Notes under the pieces: generated by a model
The model's input: only the letters and a program-made list of their open reading frames with translations
Database searches by the model: none
What the model was told of the DNA's origin: nothing
Program-made: the position numbers and the translations under genes
Shown: positions 60,900-63,884 of the stretch, one piece after another
How positions within the stretch are numbered: position 1 is the first letter of the stretch
Layout: each line of letters opens with the position of its first letter
Assembly (NCBI RefSeq): GCF_016433145.1
Contig: NC_058130.1
Coordinates: 95,970,622-96,034,505, forward strand
Origin: Gracilinanus agilis
Taxonomy: Eukaryota
Direction: 5' to 3'
Length of the DNA stretch: 63,884 nt

Positions 60900-61390
60900 C
60901 CCCCAACATTTATCTGGAGATCCCCTTTATCCATACTCTCTCAATCCTCCAGGTACCAGTTGCTCCAGGTTTCCAACTCCCCTAATCCCACTCCAAGGCA
61001 TAGACTGTTCAAATACCAAATCCCCCAGGCCTCATCCAGGGTATGGTCCTCGTTCCCCTTTACCTGTCAGAGCATTCATAAGTGGATGTTACCTCCAAAG
61101 TTAGGCCTCCTTTCCCCTTATCCCTCTTTTCATTCCTTCCCTTCTCTTCACCCTATAGGTCATCACATTCCCTTCATTCTTAGCACTTGATTTGACGCCA
61201 GCACATCACTCACTCCTTTCTACCCACCTCCTATTATTCTTTATTTACTTATCTGGGAACTTGTCCTTTATCTCAGTAGAAGGTAAGCTCCTTGAAAGCA
61301 GGGAATGTTTTGCTTTTTTCTTTGAATGCCCAACTTGTAGCTCATTGCCTTGGCTACAAGTTCATAAATCTTTCTTGAATCCATGAAGTT
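60900..61390 (+). mobile_element. L2 3' fragment
   Basis: gtaagctccttgaaagcagggaatgttttgc...ttgcctt terminus. Confidence 0.6.
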
Positions 61391-62319
61391 ATTTAAAATT
61401 GAATCCTCTCATTCAATGGGATAATGTTGCACATCTTTTGGAATTTCTTGAACCAAAAGACATAAAATCAGACAACATAATATCAACAGATTGGATTAAT
61501 TCTATTCTATCAACTTTTCCCTCCAATTCACCTACACATTGCTGCTGACAATTCCATGATGCCCATTTCTGTGTTCATCTCACTTAGGTCAATTGGCAGC
61601 TGTCTTCCTCAGATGTTTTCGAGGAGGGAAGGGATATAGCCAGGAGCTATGGTCAGTCTACCAAGAATTTGACTAATCCTAGTCTCAATCCCCTAATCCT
61701 CAGATATACTCCCAGATAATTACAAGGCTTCATAGGAATGGAAAGTAGCTTCTTTCAACAACAAAAAAGGATCTCTTATATGTATAGTTAAAGAAGTTAA
61801 TTTCTTGTGTTCTACATTTTACTCACAGTCCATCCTTTTAAAGCCCCAGTGTTACTATTCTGATTTGATTCTATATGAATGTAATTAAGAGTTAAGAATT
61901 TGAATGTAATTAAGAAATAAAAGTTTCAGAATAATGGCCCAGACAAGCTAGAATTCTGTCTTTGACACCATGTGAGTGAAGGCAGTCAATAGAATGTTGA
62001 GACAATTGTTAAACTGTAGTATATGGAAAGTGGGGAGTCCATGACAGTGAAGGGCCTAAAAAGCATCAAAAATGATTAGCTGAAGCACTGGAAATGCTTA
62101 GTCAGATGATGAGAAGCCTGGGGCAAAATTCATAGCTGTTGTGTAGAAAAGGCATTATAACAGACAGGTTTAAGAGGGCAGTTCTAGAAGCAATGGGCAG
62201 AAGAAATGAGGAGCCAGACTGACTCTCCAAGTAAAGAGAGTCTAGCCCAATTGCCTAGCCCTTACCACTCTTCTGCCTTGAAGTCAATACACAGTATTGA
62301 TTCGGTAAGGGTTAAAAAA

Positions 62320-62452
62320 AAAAAAACACAATTGGAAAATATTTAATACAATTATTAACACAGTTAATATGTAGTTTTTTAAGTCAGTGTGTTGCCTTCG
62401 GGGATTCTTCTGATTTAGTAGCACCATTTCTATTTGAGTTTGACACCACTGT
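62320..62452 (-). mobile_element. Old hAT-Charlie MITE fragment
   Basis: Ends tttctatttgagtttgacaccactg, whose reverse complement cagtggtgtcaaactcaaataga is a Charlie-type TIR. Confidence 0.55.
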
Positions 62453-63639
62453 CCTAGATGACTGCTGGGTCTCTTTCAATTGAATTTTTGTTATTTGGTA
62501 GAATCTTGCTGAACTATTGAATAAAACACTGGACTTGGAGTCAGGAAGATCAGGATTCAAATTTAGCCTTTGATACTGTGCGCTTGGAGCAAATCACTTA
62601 AATCTCTGAGCAAAGAAACTTTTTAAAAAATGAGTTACACAAATCTTTGATGTAACACTGAAGTGTACAGTAGGTACTAAGTAAATGGTAGCTATTATTA
62701 CTGTTATTGACCCTGGAGATTTTTTAGTGCAATTTCCTTATTTTACAGTTGAGGAAATAAGTTCAGAGTGGGAGAAAGTTGCCCAAGATCATGGAGCTAA
62801 ATAAGAGAACTGGCTATCTTCTAATCAGCTGTGATTGCCCCCTAACAACCTTACTCCTGCTTAATCATTTCTTATCCACACTCAATTCAACAAGCATTTA
62901 CTAATTAAATGCTATCTGGTGTGTAGAAAACTCTGTGATTCCAGCTGAGGATACAAAGACAGAAAATAGTTTAACCACTTTCTTCCCTCAAGTAGCTTCT
63001 AGTCCAACTGAGACTAAGACATGTACATAATTATCATTGGATGCTATAGTAAGTACAAAACAGAAATCCCAACTAAATACTATGAAATCTAGATGGTGGA
63101 CAGATGTTTCCAGCAGTGGAAGGTTGTATGGAAGAGGTGACATCCAAGTTGAGCTTTGAGGAAAGATTTCAATGGACAGAAGTGGGTAAGGAAAAGATGA
63201 GAGCAGGGGACAGTGGCAGTTGTTTGGAAAATGTGAAAGGATATAGAGGGACAAAATGACTTTAAATTCAGCAGGGAATGGGAAGAGGTGCAAGAATAGA
63301 ATGTCTCCCTTTGGGTACCTAATGGTGTCTTGCACCCAGTAAACATTTAAATATATGGGGAATTGCATGTTAGGACTTTAGGAGAAAGGTTATTAGGGGA
63401 GGGGCAACAGGTAAGTCTTCTTAGAGACCATATTTGAGATCTACCTTAGAAGATAGATAGGATTCCAACAGCTTTATCTGGATATTAATAGGAAAAGTTT
63501 ATCAGGAAGGTAAAACAAATATTTATTTAGGCTTTCCCCCACCCCTTCTTAAATGTTCATTTTCTCCCTTTCGGCTCATACCTTTCCTTGTTCCTTTTAT
63601 TTATTTGTCTGTCTGTTTTTTCATTTATTTGTTTGTTTT

Positions 63640-63833
63640 TAAGCCCTTACTTTCTGTCTTAGAATCAATGCTAGGTATTGGTTCTAAGGCAGGAGGACAG
63701 TAAGGGCTAGGCAATGGGAGTTAAGTGACTTGCCCAGGATCACACAGCTAACAAGTGTCTGAGGCCAGATTTGGACCTAAGCCCTCCGGTCTCTAGTCCT
63801 GGCTCTCAATCCACTGAGCCACCCAGCTGCCCC
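63640..63833 (-). mobile_element. Opossum SINE-1
   Basis: aagcccttactttctgtcttagaatcaatg...ccactgagccacccagctgcccc. Confidence 0.9.
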
Positions 63834-63884
63834 TCATCCTTTTATTTTTAAAAAATGTAAATTTATTTTTTACATTAAAGTCTC

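Noticed and set aside
1-63884. tRNA genes, CRISPR arrays, snRNA/5S copies, numts or endogenous non-retroviral virus sequence
   Set aside because: The tRNA-like A/B boxes are SINE heads, no regularly spaced repeat-spacer array exists, and no U1/U2/U6/5S/Y, mitochondrial or viral ORF similarity was recognised by eye (no search was run).

Overview
This is eukaryotic genomic DNA from a didelphid marsupial, most likely Monodelphis domestica. That assignment is inferred from recognisable opossum SINE-1/SINE-2, MAR1, L1 3' ends and a BovB-type RTE; it was not database-checked. I recognise no protein-coding gene, tRNA, rRNA or CRISPR array. The long ORFs in the track are either decayed transposon fragments (RTE, CR1/L3, L1 ORF2, Tigger transposase) or look spurious. 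The window is repeat-dense intergenic or intronic sequence with three N gaps (12732-12898, 24075-24242, 40478-40615) and one single-N false duplication (46368-46964). Three CpG-retaining non-repeat blocks look regulatory: about 10.8-11.9 kb (homeodomain and Pbx-Hox motif cluster), 17.7-18.7 kb, and 42.5-43.3 kb (three CACGTG E-boxes). The best-supported structure is a nested TE stack at 20.9-23.4 kb: a BovB-like RTE interrupted by an L1 that carries an apparent 3' transduction, with a SINE and one hAT MITE inside the L1 and a second MITE in the RTE, each bounded by a target-site duplication (perfect for both MITEs). There is also a 7SL retrocopy and an internally deleted Tigger element. Many additional MIR and L2 fragments are present but not all listed, and repeat boundaries are approximate unless a TSD is quoted. 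I found no convincing previously undescribed biological system; the findings are leads of modest strength.
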